NCBI GenBank assembly: GCA_037379345.1
Contig: CM074511.1
Location: 6,200,001 to 6,264,000 of the forward strand
Direction of reading: 5' to 3'
DNA: 64,000 nucleotides
Source of the DNA: Perna viridis
Taxonomy: Eukaryota
Below the pieces are notes generated by a model that did not search any database, was not told where the DNA came from, and saw nothing but the letters and a program-made list of their open reading frames with translations. Below, piece by piece: positions 38,797 to 52,900 of this stretch. Each line of letters begins with the position of its first letter. Position 1 is the first letter of the stretch. Both the position numbers and the translations under genes were made by a program.

Positions 38797-40167
38797 CTAG
38801 AAGACAAAATATTCTCTTATTATTTGGTTAGGTATATATAGCTGCAGAAATACTTCCTTTTTATACACTATTACATAAGAAATGTTTTTATTCCAAAGAT
38901 TCCTGAACCTATTTATTTAGTGCAACTAAGTAAGATACAAAGCAGGGTAGGAAACTCGCTCAAATTTTAGCCAGTCCTGAAATCAATTTTTCAATACATT
39001 TACTATATGGCTATATGTATTTTGCTAAAATTAGCCAGCCCTGCCAAAAAATAGCCAGTCTCGGGCTGGCGGGCAGGCTACTATTTCTAACACTGTCCAA
39101 AAAAAAAAAACTATTCTGCTATAATGAAGGATACTAATACTAATTCTAAAGTTTATAAAAAGAGTAGTCACGAAATAGGTGTATACATGTCGGAAAATTA
39201 ACATTGCTTTTTGTATGGTTAATATATTTGGAACTGATAAACAGAAATATCATCTCAAAAATTATAATGAATAATGAAAAATTGATGTGAAGAATAAAAA
39301 GTGAATTTATAGAACATGTTGCTACTATAGAGTAGAACACCCAGAAATAAGATGAACTTTGACATATGTATGCTATGATTTATGAGACAAAAGTTTCCCT
39401 CTTTTATTTATTTATGATAAATTTTCTTTAGCATAGAAATGTGATGAATGGTAATAATTCATTTCATACAAGTAGTTGTTTCATCACATTTTTTCCCATT
39501 CCTAAATTCAAAATTTAGTTTTTATCAATTTATAAACCTATCCTTTTCATCAGAATTACTTGTAAATAGTCGTAACAGTAGGATATAGAATTTGAAACAT
39601 TTTGTTTTCTACATGAAATGTGCCGCAAGCAAATTTTGTCCGATTAAATATTTGAGCAGGAAAGACAAAAAACTTGTAATGTTACGAGGCTCATATGGGA
39701 AGACTTAAACAAACTAATTTGAAGTTCAATCTGGAAAAGTATTGCGTAATAGTAAAATCAACTTTTTATTATCTTTTCAGAAGATATCTCAACCAGACAT
39801 CATTGAACGAAAACTCTTCAACAAAGAGTTTCATAAATTAGAAAAAACTTGCTTAGAAAGAATGCTGGCTACAGCTATCATGCAATGTGCCTTCAACATT
39901 CACTCAATACATATTTTGGCATTCTCCATAAAATGTTTAAGAGTTTAAAAGTTCATAATGATAATGTTTGGAGTGATAATTTTTCATCTCCCATTTTCTC
40001 ATCTGAATGTGCATTCACCTGACAAAGAAAGAAACTTTATTCTACTGATTTTAAAAAAGATAAAAATAATTACTTTGAAAAAAAAAAGAGATTTATTTCT
40101 TAATTCAAATTTAGGATAATTTTTTTCTTGACATATCTTAATTTTAATAAATTTGGGTAAAACTTAC

Positions 40168-40219
40168 CTTCCATTTCAATGATCTGTCCAGAAACAGGTA
40201 AAGAAGTAGCATAAGGTCG
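40168..40219 (-). CDS. PIK3R1: p85-like linker exon (RPYATSLPVSGQIIEME)
   Basis: ttttattcgcAG / GTAAGT; phase 0/1 as required between the SAM and C1 exons. Confidence 0.75.
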
Positions 40220-42763
40220 CTGCGAATAAAAGTCACACAAATTAGAACCTACATTTTGACAACCACATGTTTGTATGGAAGAAGAAAATTCGTACATTTT
40301 CGTTAAATCCCATGAACACACTGTCACTGAATTGAACATCAAACAAATCTGTTAGTTCTATAAAAATATCCACTGGCGACATAAAATGTAGAAGTTATTC
40401 CACAAATGAAAATTATTTTAAAATTTTAAATCCAGTTAAAAAATCCTTTTTTTCCCATTCAACAAGTTGATAGTGATGTCATAACTCCAATAAAATATAT
40501 ATTCCAATATTTCTAATTATTTAAATCTGCATTGCACAAGTTATTGGAAAACCTAATGGACACTGCACCACTGTTAGAGACACTTCTTACTGGTATGACT
40601 GCCTCTACTGTAGTGTGTTAGATTTGTTCCAGTGAACACACATTTAGGTCAGGTCAATCAGTCAACCAACCAAACACTTAATACTTAACCTAGAAAATAG
40701 CTTGGCACACTGCCAACTATAGAACACCATTATAAACTGACAGTAGATTTTACCTGTACAGTGGCCACTATGGCCTAGAAACATTGTATTGGACATTTTA
40801 TATTGGTAAATTTACTTATAATCTTACACATGTATAGATTTTCTGTGTAGCTGGTGAGAAAATCTGGGTCAATGAGATAAAAGAAGAATATAGTGTATTT
40901 ATAGATGTTTATTGTAATAGGTTAACAGGAGGGTGGGCTTTCATGTTAAAGATCAAGTTCTACCACATATTGGTTCTGTGGTAATATGATTAATGTCTTA
41001 ATGCTATATGGTATAGAAAAGGGGGAGGTAGACCAGGTTTATAAGACAGTGACAGTTTTGTACAAATATACTCACTTTTTTTTAAAAACATTTTTATTGA
41101 AAATAAATTATCACAAATGTTAAAATTTTCTTTAAGCAAATCAAACAAAATTGGAAAAAAATGAAATAGGTCAAGAGATATGAGAGAATATAGTAAGTGT
41201 GAGGTGAACAAGCAATTTTAGATCACCTCCCAGATTGAAGGGAGAGATCTGAATCTACTAAATATTACAAAGGAAAATAACCTAAGGTGACGTAAAAGTA
41301 TCCTAGATCAATCCAATTTAATTCATAAGTCTGTCTTATGTCAAGAAAAAATCGTGATTTCTCAGGGCTAATGCACTGGACTTTTTGGACTCTCCTATAT
41401 AGATAAATCTTCATAAGAAAAAAAGACTAAAAGTTTGGAACAATGTGAATTACTCAAATATTTAAATAATGTCTAAAAGGAATTAAGGTAAGTAAACTTT
41501 TTGCTTTAATTTAAAAACAAAATGAATAAACCATGTACACTTTAGGCAACTTAGCTGTACACATGTGGTTAAGTTGCATGTAAATTTTCCCCTGACTTTG
41601 TACTTTTAGATTGAGACAAGAAGAATCGGTCAAAATTAGCCGAGGGACATAACAACCTGCCAGAACAACCAAAATAGTCTGATAAAATAAAAGGAATAAT
41701 TGGTAAGAGGTTAATAATACAATAATTTAATATAATTTCCATACATAATGCCTCAGATTTAACTTTAAACACTGTCATAATATGACAACGTATACGAATG
41801 GCGCCTACGAAATCATCAATCTGAATACAATAGACTTGTAATTAACAAAATTGTCAATCAGGTAAGGGAAATAACCACACAATTTAAGCCCATTTCCCTG
41901 TATCTAATGGGACCACAATTTCAGTCCATTTCCCTGGTCCTTCAATTGCTTAAACAGATAATAGATATCCATAAACATATATAGATGAATGTCTATCAGG
42001 GACTTATGTAATTCCAACATCATTATTTTTTTCTCTGATCCTAGTTTAAACAAAAGGCCATCTAAAAATAAACATTTCATTTAAAAATGGGTAACTTTTT
42101 TTTCTAATGAAAGCAGACAATAACTGAATCAAATTGATAGGTTTGATGATGTGCCAGGGAATACACAATAATCTAGAACCAGACAGCTGATGTAACCCAA
42201 TGATGGCATAAAAAGTTCACTGTAAGCAGTAATATATTCAACATCATCCAATCTTTAATTGCAATATTGACAGGGTTTTGAATTCTTTATAACAAAAGAA
42301 TTGGGTCTGATCCAGAATGTAACACTTTTCATACCTTAGTGATATTTTGAAACTTTCTGAATAAAAACTTCATGACATGAATTTAATATTGAATTCCATC
42401 AATAGATTTTATAAAACCTCATGATGGGATGTTTAATGATATTTTTTTTATACAAATGGTTATCAGGAGACATCTTGCAGTAAAGGAATAATAAATTTGG
42501 CAGTCCACCTTCCAAATCATGCAATAATTCTTTTTCACGGGAATGTTTGGAGCCCACTTGGGGGTAAAACAGTCTTTAGGTACATAATTAGATGTAGGCC
42601 ATAAAGTTTCAGGTCACTAGTTCTTTAACAAGTCTTATAGGTAGTTTATTTTCATTTTCAATGTTCAAGGTTGTATAAACACACACTAAACTCTTACACT
42701 GTGTAGAAACAGGCACTCTCAAAACCCTTATAACTGAAAGAGGAAATGAATAATGGTATTAAT

Positions 42764-42994
42764 TCATACCATTGTTAGAAAAAAACTATTGGTACATACA
42801 ATGTTTGGACCAGAATAACTAATGGTACATACCCTGTTTGGCCCAGAATAACTATTGGTACATACCATTGTTGGACCAGAAGAACTAATAGTACATACCA
42901 TGTTTAGACCCAAATGACTAATGGTACATACCATGTTTTGGCCAGAATAACTAATAGTATATACCATGTGGACCTGCATAATATTGGTACATAC
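42764..42994 (-). repeat. 33-bp tandem repeat containing copies of the exon's 5' splice site
   Basis: Unit GTATGTACCATTAGTTATTCTGGNCCAAACATG, 7 units, starting exactly at the donor. Confidence 0.9.
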
Positions 42995-43075
42995 CAGGGT
43001 TGGATCTCTTCCACAAAGTTCATCTATACACACCATCAACGACATCTTGTGGAAATCATCTTTTATACCAAGTTC
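42995..43075 (-). CDS. PIK3R1: p85-like exon, SAM domain C-part (ELGIKDDFHKMSLMVCIDELCGRDPTL)
   Basis: poly-T cAG acceptor, GTATGT donor, 81 nt; L.ELGI....H...L...I..L SAM helix 4-5. Confidence 0.85.
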
Positions 43076-46000
43076 CTGAAAAAAAAATTCAGAACATTCA
43101 GTAGAATAAACTAAATTATGCTGAAAACATCAATTTTATTAAGTCCTTTAAATATTAAGTTCCAAAAGGAAAAACAATATGGCTATTTTAAGAAATTTGA
43201 AATCTTGGGGCTCAGGGAAAGAACTCAGTAGATAAAACCTAATCAATATGAGTGAGATCAATTTTCAGAGCTTAAAAGGAGATACAAAATTGTCAAATGT
43301 ATAAGGCACTGCAATCCCATTAGACTTCTCTGTTTTATTAAAGCCATTGATAATAAAGCTGACAATGTATTAAATCTAGTCCAATGACAAATCAAGGGAT
43401 CTGCATTTATGATGATGGAATAATTTTTTAAACAGTTAATGTGAATATTATTTCAATCAAATAGGTATGAAATTATTTTCTTACTTAGTCCTTGTATAAG
43501 GTGACATCTGTTGCTCAGAACTGTACTTTAACATTTCATATATTTATAATTAATGTTTCTAGGGTGACTATGTTCAAGTTGATACTAACATACAAAATTT
43601 ATTTTGATCAGAAGTAGGTCTAAACCAATGCATTTGGTCTTTTGTATCTAAGAATACTGTGGACCAATTTTATCACAAAATAATTACCGGTAATTTCATG
43701 TGAGATTCATAAATAGAAAGTACCACATAGAGTAAGGTCTTTTAAGACAGAAATGAAGATCTGCTTGAAAGAATCACATATGTATGTAAAATGAACAGCT
43801 AAAATACTGGCAATATTAAAGAACCTTAAAGACACATATACACATTTGCATTCTTTTGAAAAACTTCATTCCCTACACACAAATAAAAAGTGGTCCCTCT
43901 TTACCTATTTCTATAAAATCAATTCCGTCCAAGTTTTTATGCTTCTAGTTAGCCATCAAAGTTTGAATGAAATCCATCAAAAAAAACATGGGCTATCCAG
44001 GCAATAATTTTGAACTAAATCACCCTCCCAGTCCCCCCCCCCCCCACACACACACAAAAAAAAGCAGTCTCCTTGCCTTGACCGATTTCTGTGAAAATCA
44101 ATCCCATCGAAGATTTTATTGCTACTAATCATTCATCAAAGTTTGAAGAAAATCATTAAAAAAATTCAGGAGCTATTCTTCATATATATATATAGGGATA
44201 CCTGTCTAAACTGACCACGTTTAGAATATAAAATTGGTTCACATTAGGCAGGTGTCCTGTTTACCAAGGTTCAAAATACATTTAAACTGATATGAAAGGA
44301 TTTTAAAAGTGTCTGGTTTAGACAGGTGTTTTTCCAGGGTTTGGTTAAGTAAGATTTCACAAATAAACATACAATATAATTCAAATTTCAATTTTTCCAT
44401 GGTAGACTTTTCTACTTTTATTTAATAGTAACTTTTGGACAAAAGGGCTGTCAGATACATTGATTATTGCTATATAAGATGGTAGTTAGTATTTAATCTA
44501 TTATTACCCAATAGTAAAGTAATTCTATAAAGTCGGAAGACTGACATATGATTTAAACCATTGTGTACGTGACTAACCACATCAAAAGACTACAAATGCC
44601 AAACTTTATAGTCTCTGCAACAATATTAAATTAGCATGGTTTTCCTATTTTTACATACAGGACATCAACCAGGACAAATCACTACTTCTTTTTAGGATGA
44701 ATTTGATGAGAGTAACCAATCCCACTTCTAAATTAACTTGAAACACACAATGTAAAACAACTCTAAAATAAGCCATCAATGGATATTTGACCTATAAAAC
44801 CAAGAATAAAGAAACAGTCACATAGCAAGTCATGTTTACAAAACAAACACACACAGTGTGAGGGTTAAGAAAAAAAAACATCAAACTAGAAACTTCAAAT
44901 CTTTTTTTCTCCTCTTTCATGAACATTTGAATACAATAACTGTAATTTTATTTATCATCACATAATTTTCCCATTCTGTCATTTTTGGAAATTCAACAAT
45001 TTATCTGACTGAAAAAAATCTTGTCATGTGCAATATCTGACAACATAATTCTAGGTATGGAGCGGATAACTAATAGCTAGGGCCAATTTGGTAATTCTTC
45101 CAACAAAGTACAACCATGACACAATACATCTGTTACATAAAGGCAGTGAATTCATGGCTACATTACATATAGGTTAAAACATGCAGCCAGATATAATACA
45201 CCTGTCATTGGCGGTAGTCACCACATGACCAATGTTGAGTTCTTAATGTAATGCACTAATAACCAAAATGTACGTGGTTTAAAAAGGGAAGAAATGTCCA
45301 TTATTTTCGTCCTATTGGTGAAAAGGAGGAACCCAATAGCAGTGGTTAATTATATTTTTTATCATATCATTTTAACAAGCACTTTATTCTTTTGACTTCA
45401 TTTCATGTGCTGTCAACTTTTAACTTTTTTTCTTGTGTCTATCAGCATAAAATAGTCATTTACCACCTTTAAAGAAGTACAAACCACATGCAGCCTTCCC
45501 TACAATTAGATGAGGATTGGTTTCATTTTTTACCCAATGAGGTCAAAGGTATGATACACTACACTTGGATCAGTTCATATATAAAGTGCAGAGGGGAAGA
45601 GTACTTGCTTTTGTCATTTTCAACTTTTTTCATTAGTACATAATCTACTATTTTTGTGTGATATTTTTTTTACTTTAATATACTTATCATAACCTTTAGT
45701 CAGTATCCTTATCCTAAAGCCCATGTTTTTTAAGGTTTATTTTGTCCCTCGATGGAAATTTTTAAAAGAATAGGTCTCATTTTCCCAGTTAACATGTAAT
45801 TAATCATATCATAATGAAGTGTTTGAGGAGACACTAAAATGAGAATTAATCTACATAAAATCCAGTCTATACCTACTCTGGTTTCCTTAAAGTTCATGAT
45901 CTTAATCTGATACCCTAAAAAGTCAGAAAAATTTAGCAATCAAAACTTCAAAGGACTGTAATAACATGACCTATATTATTCAATATTGACACCCATTATG

Positions 46001-49000
46001 CCATAATTCTTTTACCAATAGATCAAAGTGAAATACAAACTTTGATAAGTTTCACACTACAGCTTTTAATTGGTTTAATTGTCCTTCCTTTGTTAAATCT
46101 TGGCTTTAAACAGGTAGATACAAATGCATGAAAAAAATATATATATACTGTACCTAGAAACTAGAATGACACCATAGAATTATCATGCCATACAGGGTTG
46201 GTAAGTTATAGACAAGGTGTAAAAATAGACCAATCCCACTAAATATATACCCATTGTTCATGGTGTATCAGTAACAGGGTGAGGGTTAGATGTCAACACA
46301 ATCAAATGTACTGGCATAATAGGATTTGTTAAATCAGCTTTAAAAGAACAAACAGATTTTTATCCATGTGTCTTTTCAGTTAGTTCAAGCAGATATATAT
46401 CCATTGTTTTTTATTAATTAAGTTAATCAGAAAAGACATAAAGTGAACTGTGTCACACAGTACGTATTATTGGGTGGTATTCAGCACAGTAGAAATGCCT
46501 TCTAGGTTTTAACAAGAACAGTTATGATCAGATTTAAGTTCTACTAAGTTAAGGGGAGGAAACAAATGAAAAAAAGAATCAGATGATCATATCTGTGTTA
46601 GTATATTCCTGAAATGTTTTCTTGTGACTTTCTGTACAGTAAATATTATATTGAACCACAAACACATAAAGTAATGATACAATAACCAACAAGATTTAGA
46701 TGCATTACAATTAACTGATAATTTTCCATTGTGTTATAAAATAAAAAACAAAATCCAAAAAGCATAAAACATTTCATATGAAGAAGTCAGACTTTTGCCA
46801 TTACTTCTCTGGACAAGGGTTTTTATAATTTTAGCAGCAAAATTTTCAGGGTAATACTTTCACTCGATATTTTGAAACAACAAGATGAAAAATTGAACTT
46901 GACACATGTAGTGTCCTCATCTTATCTAGTTCACTGTCTGCATGCTCAAGTCTGCAAGATAATTTTCAGCTCATTTTCATTGTCCTAAAAGAATACATGC
47001 TTAAGAACAAATTTTTACAGTCTCATATTTCAAAAGAAAACAGTCCTTTGTCAGTGATTTTTCACACAATGGAGATCTTAACTAAACTAATTTGCAAGGC
47101 AATGCATTTGAATGCACAATATGCATGTCAAAGCAGGTTTCAAATGGATCTTTACAAAATGTGACATCCATGGCAGATACGAAAGACATTTTACAGCTTA
47201 TGACGTGATTCATCTCCAAGTGATTGTAGACACTAGAATTTATGGCAAAAACGCAGTCATCCTTAAATTATTTCAAATCCATCTTCTTATTCTCTGTCCC
47301 TACATATACACAGATATTCTGTATTATATCACTATAGAAAACAAATATTGTATAAAATTACATATATATATACTCTGAAATCACTGTTGGATCAATTTAA
47401 GTGTTATCCAAAAATATATAGAAAGCAAAAATAAAATCACCTTTTTCCAGAGGACTTCACATTATAAATTTAGTCTCTTGTATAATGTATCAAACAGATA
47501 CTGTTCATGCATCAAATTTTGCAGATTTTGTCAAGTGAACATTTTCCATATCAAAAGTTTGTACACTGTAAAAACTAATGTATACAATAATTTCCAAGTA
47601 TGCAAATGTTCTAACAATGAGAAGTTTTTCTTTTGTCTTGACAATAAATACATTCAAAAGATCTTCAACTTAAAATAGTCTTATTAATATGAAATATTTT
47701 CAACAACAAAAAAAATTGAAACATCGCCAGTTACTCACTTGTGCCTCTCCCATTACTCATCAAGGGAAAAAAAAAAATGACTTCCAAAAATTGAACATAG
47801 GGCCTTTATATCAAGGGAAAGTTTCCACCCATTTTTTCTTTTGTTTCTTTTAATTCATGTTCTATTTAAAGCCTTGACCCATCTTTGACATTCTCTACAA
47901 ACCGAACCATTTTTCGAATTTAATTACTTTTTTATTCAATTTCTAATATTTTTTTCATATGGGCTATTTAATTACAAGTTATAGACAGGAGTGATAAATA
48001 TTTCCCATAAAATAGTTAATAGTACTTTATTGAAAATCATTCGGTCATAGGGTTAATTATATTTAATATGCCAAAAATGTTGATCAAGTTATCAATGGTT
48101 AGCATACTTCTACAGTACTTATTAAAGCATGGACTTATAAAAGATAAAAGTTATCGACCAACCCACATAACACAAAAAATAACTTGAATGAAGAAATGAT
48201 GACCGCTGACTAAAACCCATGACAGCACTTCTTTGTATTAAGTCCTTCAATTATCTTTTTTTTCCTTTGGCATGAGTTCATCTATTGGCCATCAGGTCAA
48301 CTGTATTTCAAGGCTTTTTTTTTTTTTTTTTTAAATTATTCCATAGATTATCTTTTTATCAATCAATAATTATGAATGTAAAAGCTGAACAAAGACAAAG
48401 ACATTGTGGGCAGGGTAGGAGGATCACTATGGAAACAGCCGTCTGCCTGTTGTCAATCATGACCTCAAACACAAGCCAAAGGTGTACTAGCTTTTTTAGA
48501 AACCTGAAACATGAAAGAGAAGAATGTAATTAAAAATAGAAAATTACAACATGTTGTAGCCCAGCTGAGGTCAGGATTAGTTCACAGAACTATTGCCATA
48601 TATTACTTGAACACTGTCAGTAAATCTTTAAAATAGTCCATTATATAGGCGCTAGGGCAAGGAAGGAGGCAGTTATCCTTCATGGTTATATATTTAATTA
48701 GACCATTAACAGGACCCATACTTAGAAAGGCAGTAACCACTATTAGTGTATTTCCAATTATCACTAAATAAATGTCATTTTTTATGCCAAAAAGTGAAAA
48801 GAAAATTGGAAGTTTTTCAAGGCTACTGACAAACATGATTTATGTAAAAAAAAATATATTGATATTTTCTTAGTTGTTTGACTGCTTATTGAAAATTGTA
48901 CTAATTCAGCAAAACTTGATGAATCCTAATTAAATAAAGACAAAAGGCATGATCATATAATTAGTCAATAAAGCTCTGTGTAACTTAGATTTTGAAATTG

Positions 49001-49231
49001 AAGGAGAAAATCAAATTCACTATTAAGATAAGGCTCAGTGCAAATAGTTCATGTAAAAAGCATAACACAGAAAAAGCTTGTAGCTTAAGGAACAAGTTGT
49101 TAACAGATATTACACATTTGTTTATAACACAAAATAAATTGAGAAGGATAGTTGGCAGAACTTCACCAGTGATAGAGAGACATGAAAAGATCATTGAAGG
49201 GAGTTTACTTCTTTCAAAACCTTTCTTGATA

Positions 49232-49935
49232 TATCACATCTACCCAAAAGAACTTGAGATAAAGGATGCTACAGACACTGTGAAGTCAGCCTCATATCTT
49301 GACCTACACTTAGAAATTGATAGTAAAGGAAAACTATTGACCAAACTTTACGACAAACGTGATGACTTTTCATTCAGAATTGTCAACTTTCCTTTCATCT
49401 GTGGCAACATCCCTTCGGCTCCTGCGTATGGAGTGTTCATATCACAACTCATACATTATGCCAGAGCTTGCTGAAACTACGCAGACTTTTTGTATCGCGC
49501 TAGAACTCTAACAAATAGGCTTCTGGAACAGGGTTATGTTGCTACAAGATTGAAGTCATCACTACAGAAGTTTTATGGTTGTCATCATGAACTCGTGGAT
49601 TGTTATGGTGTATCCATCAGCACCATGAAAACTGATTTATTCAACGGGTCATAGTTTTCCTTTCCTCGTTTGTCTACCCCAGGCTTGACTTTTTATGAGC
49701 AATTCGGCGGGTGTTTCTAGAAAAGCAGAGGACGCTTACCCTAGCGGTGCACCTGGTCCATGCTCCCAGTTTTAAGTGGAGTCCGAGTTGCTCATTTACT
49801 TTTGTTACTTTGTATGTATGATTTTAGTTACTTTATGTTCTTTGTTGTGTGTGTCTGTTTTCCATGTCTGGTCTTTGTCCCTGGATTACATTCTTTTGAT
49901 TACCGCTATAACCTTGGTTCCTTTGATTACTCTTT
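49232..49935 (+). mobile_element. 5'-truncated Penelope-like retroelement (RT C-terminal part plus 3' region)
   Basis: IYPKELEIKDATDTVKSASYLDLHLEID..LYDKRDDFSFRIVNFPFICGNIPSAPAYGVFISQLIHYARAC*NYADFLYRA..LQKFYG..TAG at 49652-49654. Confidence 0.85.
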
Positions 49936-52900
49936 GACCATGTGAGTAAATGTGGGTATCTCTTTTCAAAGCCTTTTTATACTAAAGTGTATATGTTAGT
50001 GGCATTCCCCTTTATGGCAGAAAATGCCTTACACAACAAGCATTTTTGGGTTTTTGATCCTTCAGGATCAAAATATCTTATGTTATCGGTCCTTCACTGG
50101 AACTTTCCTACTATTTCTGAACACTACAAAAATATATAGTCCAGATGTAATTCCTTTTGTATCATTTAATACCACTTGTTATAACAAGAAAATATGTTTC
50201 TTGCAATTTATCAGCTCAATAATATTGTATTATTTATGCAAATAAAATTGAGATCGGGTCTTCATATCAACTCAAGATTTGAGGAACTCCTTTTTGGCCT
50301 TGAAAGATATTTAGTGATAAATTTACATTTAGGGAATTTATTTGTTGCAGTAATATGTCTGGAATGATAAAATGTGTATAATATGATCATTTTAACACAC
50401 TTAAAAATTCAAATTATCCATCCTATTTTTAATATTTTACCATTAATAAACATGAAGTGAAGAGAAGTGATTTTAACCATGCAAAATTGGCAGGAAAATT
50501 CAAATTGATTATAGTGTCTAGTTTTTGAAAATCTTGTGTTATGGAAATTATTTTCTTAAGCTGACATTGGTTTTATTTAAGTATAATTGTTATGTATGGA
50601 TTGGTTTTATTTAAGTATAATTGTTATGTAGGATAAAATACTCTGTTAATAAAGCTTTTGAATGTAAATGCACAATTAAACTTTTTAAAAAAATTTAAAA
50701 AAAGGGAAAAAGGTGAAATCGAACAAAATATGTATATGTGTGTGAAGTTGGGTCAGTAATATAAATTGACTTTCAATTTATACATATTAAAAAGGACAGT
50801 TATTAATAGTATTTAAAATTCAATTTATGATCACAGTTTTATTTAACATCATATAATCTTTGAAATTTTGTTCATGCTACAATTTTCACAAGAATCAAAA
50901 CCTCCAGTGCTATCTGTACTTTGATTTAGAATTATGTAGCCAGTTTCATTTTCAAAATATATATCATCAAGTAACTTGAATAATTCAAGCCCTTTCCCTC
51001 TCAGATTTTCTCCACCTGAAGGGCTTGAATGCGCTATGTTCATTGGACGCGTCAGCCCAATACAGATTGCATTGACCAAATGGTGATGCAGAAGCCGGGA
51101 TTCTGTGCATAATGAATTTCCATTAAAAATACAAACAACGAAAATAAACGTCGAAAGTGATCTACTGGACATTGAAGACAAATATAATGGAGCTATCATA
51201 GATCGGCAGAATTACACGGCAGAATTACACGACTGATATTCTTTGGGTTAATGATCAAGGAGCATATATTATTTGACAAAGTACATTAGACCTCCATGGA
51301 CATATCATAACTTAGAAACAGAAAATAAAGAGGGATTCTTCCAATATGATAAATTTGTATAAAAAATGGTAAGATCCCTCATTGTTTTTTTGTTTGTGTT
51401 ATCACTCCATATAAAGACAGATACTGATTTACTATAGCATTAAATGACAGGCATATAAATGTCATGGCATACTGATGGTAGATACCCAGACAAAATAGTT
51501 AGCAAATATTTATAAATAGCAAAATTACTTATTCTAAAAGATCCTTTCTTCAGTAATTTTGTTTAAAAAACATGAAGGAAATTTGTTATATAAAAAAAAG
51601 CCAAACAACAAACAAGAAAAATAAACTGTGATTCTAATTTATCGGACAAGAATATGAAAGCATGTAATGTTAAAGAGTTCTTTAAGTACGTTAAGTTTTT
51701 CTTTGTACATTGACTTCTCCCGGTATTTAACAACACTCATTTCTATTACAAAATCTAAAACATTGAACTATGTATTTTTAATTGAAATTTAAAAAAAAAA
51801 AGGAAAACTCATCTGCCAAAAAAATTAGTCTCTAACAACCTTCAATCAAGAAGAACTGAATAAAATTTCAGAAAATCTTAACAAAGTTCCAACTTTTGTT
51901 ACAGCATTATTATCACATTTTCAAAATGAAACATGGATGGGTGTTTAAGCTTGCATTTCAACACTTGAATTACAGTAGTGAACAAGGAAAAACTGGTAAT
52001 TAACAGAAGGATATAGGTCCTTAGATATAGTCTTAACAACAGGAAACTGACTAAAGGTGGAAATTTAGATGTAGAATTAAGTTAGATACAAATTATATGT
52101 ATTTCTATAATGCCATGGACCGTAATGACTGGTTTGAATGATATATCTACTTTTTTTCTTCCCAGTTGGTCTTGTCTAAAACTCTTAGTTAAAATTAGCT
52201 GTAGCTTGTACATGTATGTTTTTATGTAATGATCTCATGTGTAGCTGACATAACCCTGTTTTTATTTTTTTCCTAAGCAATATAAGGGAAATCAAGGGAT
52301 TTGACCTGTAATAAAAATAAAGAACAAACCAAGAAAAATGACAAGTAAAATAGTCCCAACACATAACAATGTACATGAAATAACCGAACTAAGAAATACA
52401 ACCCAGACTGTATGGGATCCGAGGGTAGGATAAGTACTCTCTGAGTTTCTTGAAACACCTACCATCATAAAAGGTATCTTAAAACTTGAAGTTATGAATA
52501 ATAATTGAATAAGATTTTGTCAATTTCCAAATATAGCAGTGATACAAGCTTTGTGTCTCAGCTGCTTTATATCTTTATCAACACAATGCTGAGACTAGAA
52601 CATAACTCATTTACAATTCCAAGAGTTTATGTTAGTCTTAAGATATATAAAGAATATAATTGTAAATCTGTAGAAATTTTCAAGGATACTATATGCTACA
52701 GGAATGTAAAGTTACTCCTTTCCTACGAAGAGTAAGATATACATAGGTTGCCAGTTTCAGTACATGAATCTGCATTTTTTATGTAAAATCACAATCAAGT
52801 AAGACACAATAAAACCATTCTATTATAATATTTCAAACTATAAAACATTTAATTCAGTTACCTCATACCTAGTTGGTGCCACACACATATCTTAGAAGGT

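Noticed and set aside
39438-39494. Hairpin aatgtgatgaa...ttcatcacatt as a miRNA or C/D snoRNA
   Set aside because: Only about 12 bp pair, the inner region is unpaired, and there is no properly placed D box.
48992-49474. 160-aa ORF as a host gene
   Set aside because: Chimeric: random intron sequence fused to a truncated Penelope-like RT.
50849-51199. 116-aa ORF as an exon or nested gene
   Set aside because: No recognisable domain, no convincing splice sites, and not needed for phase continuity; may be part of a repeat.
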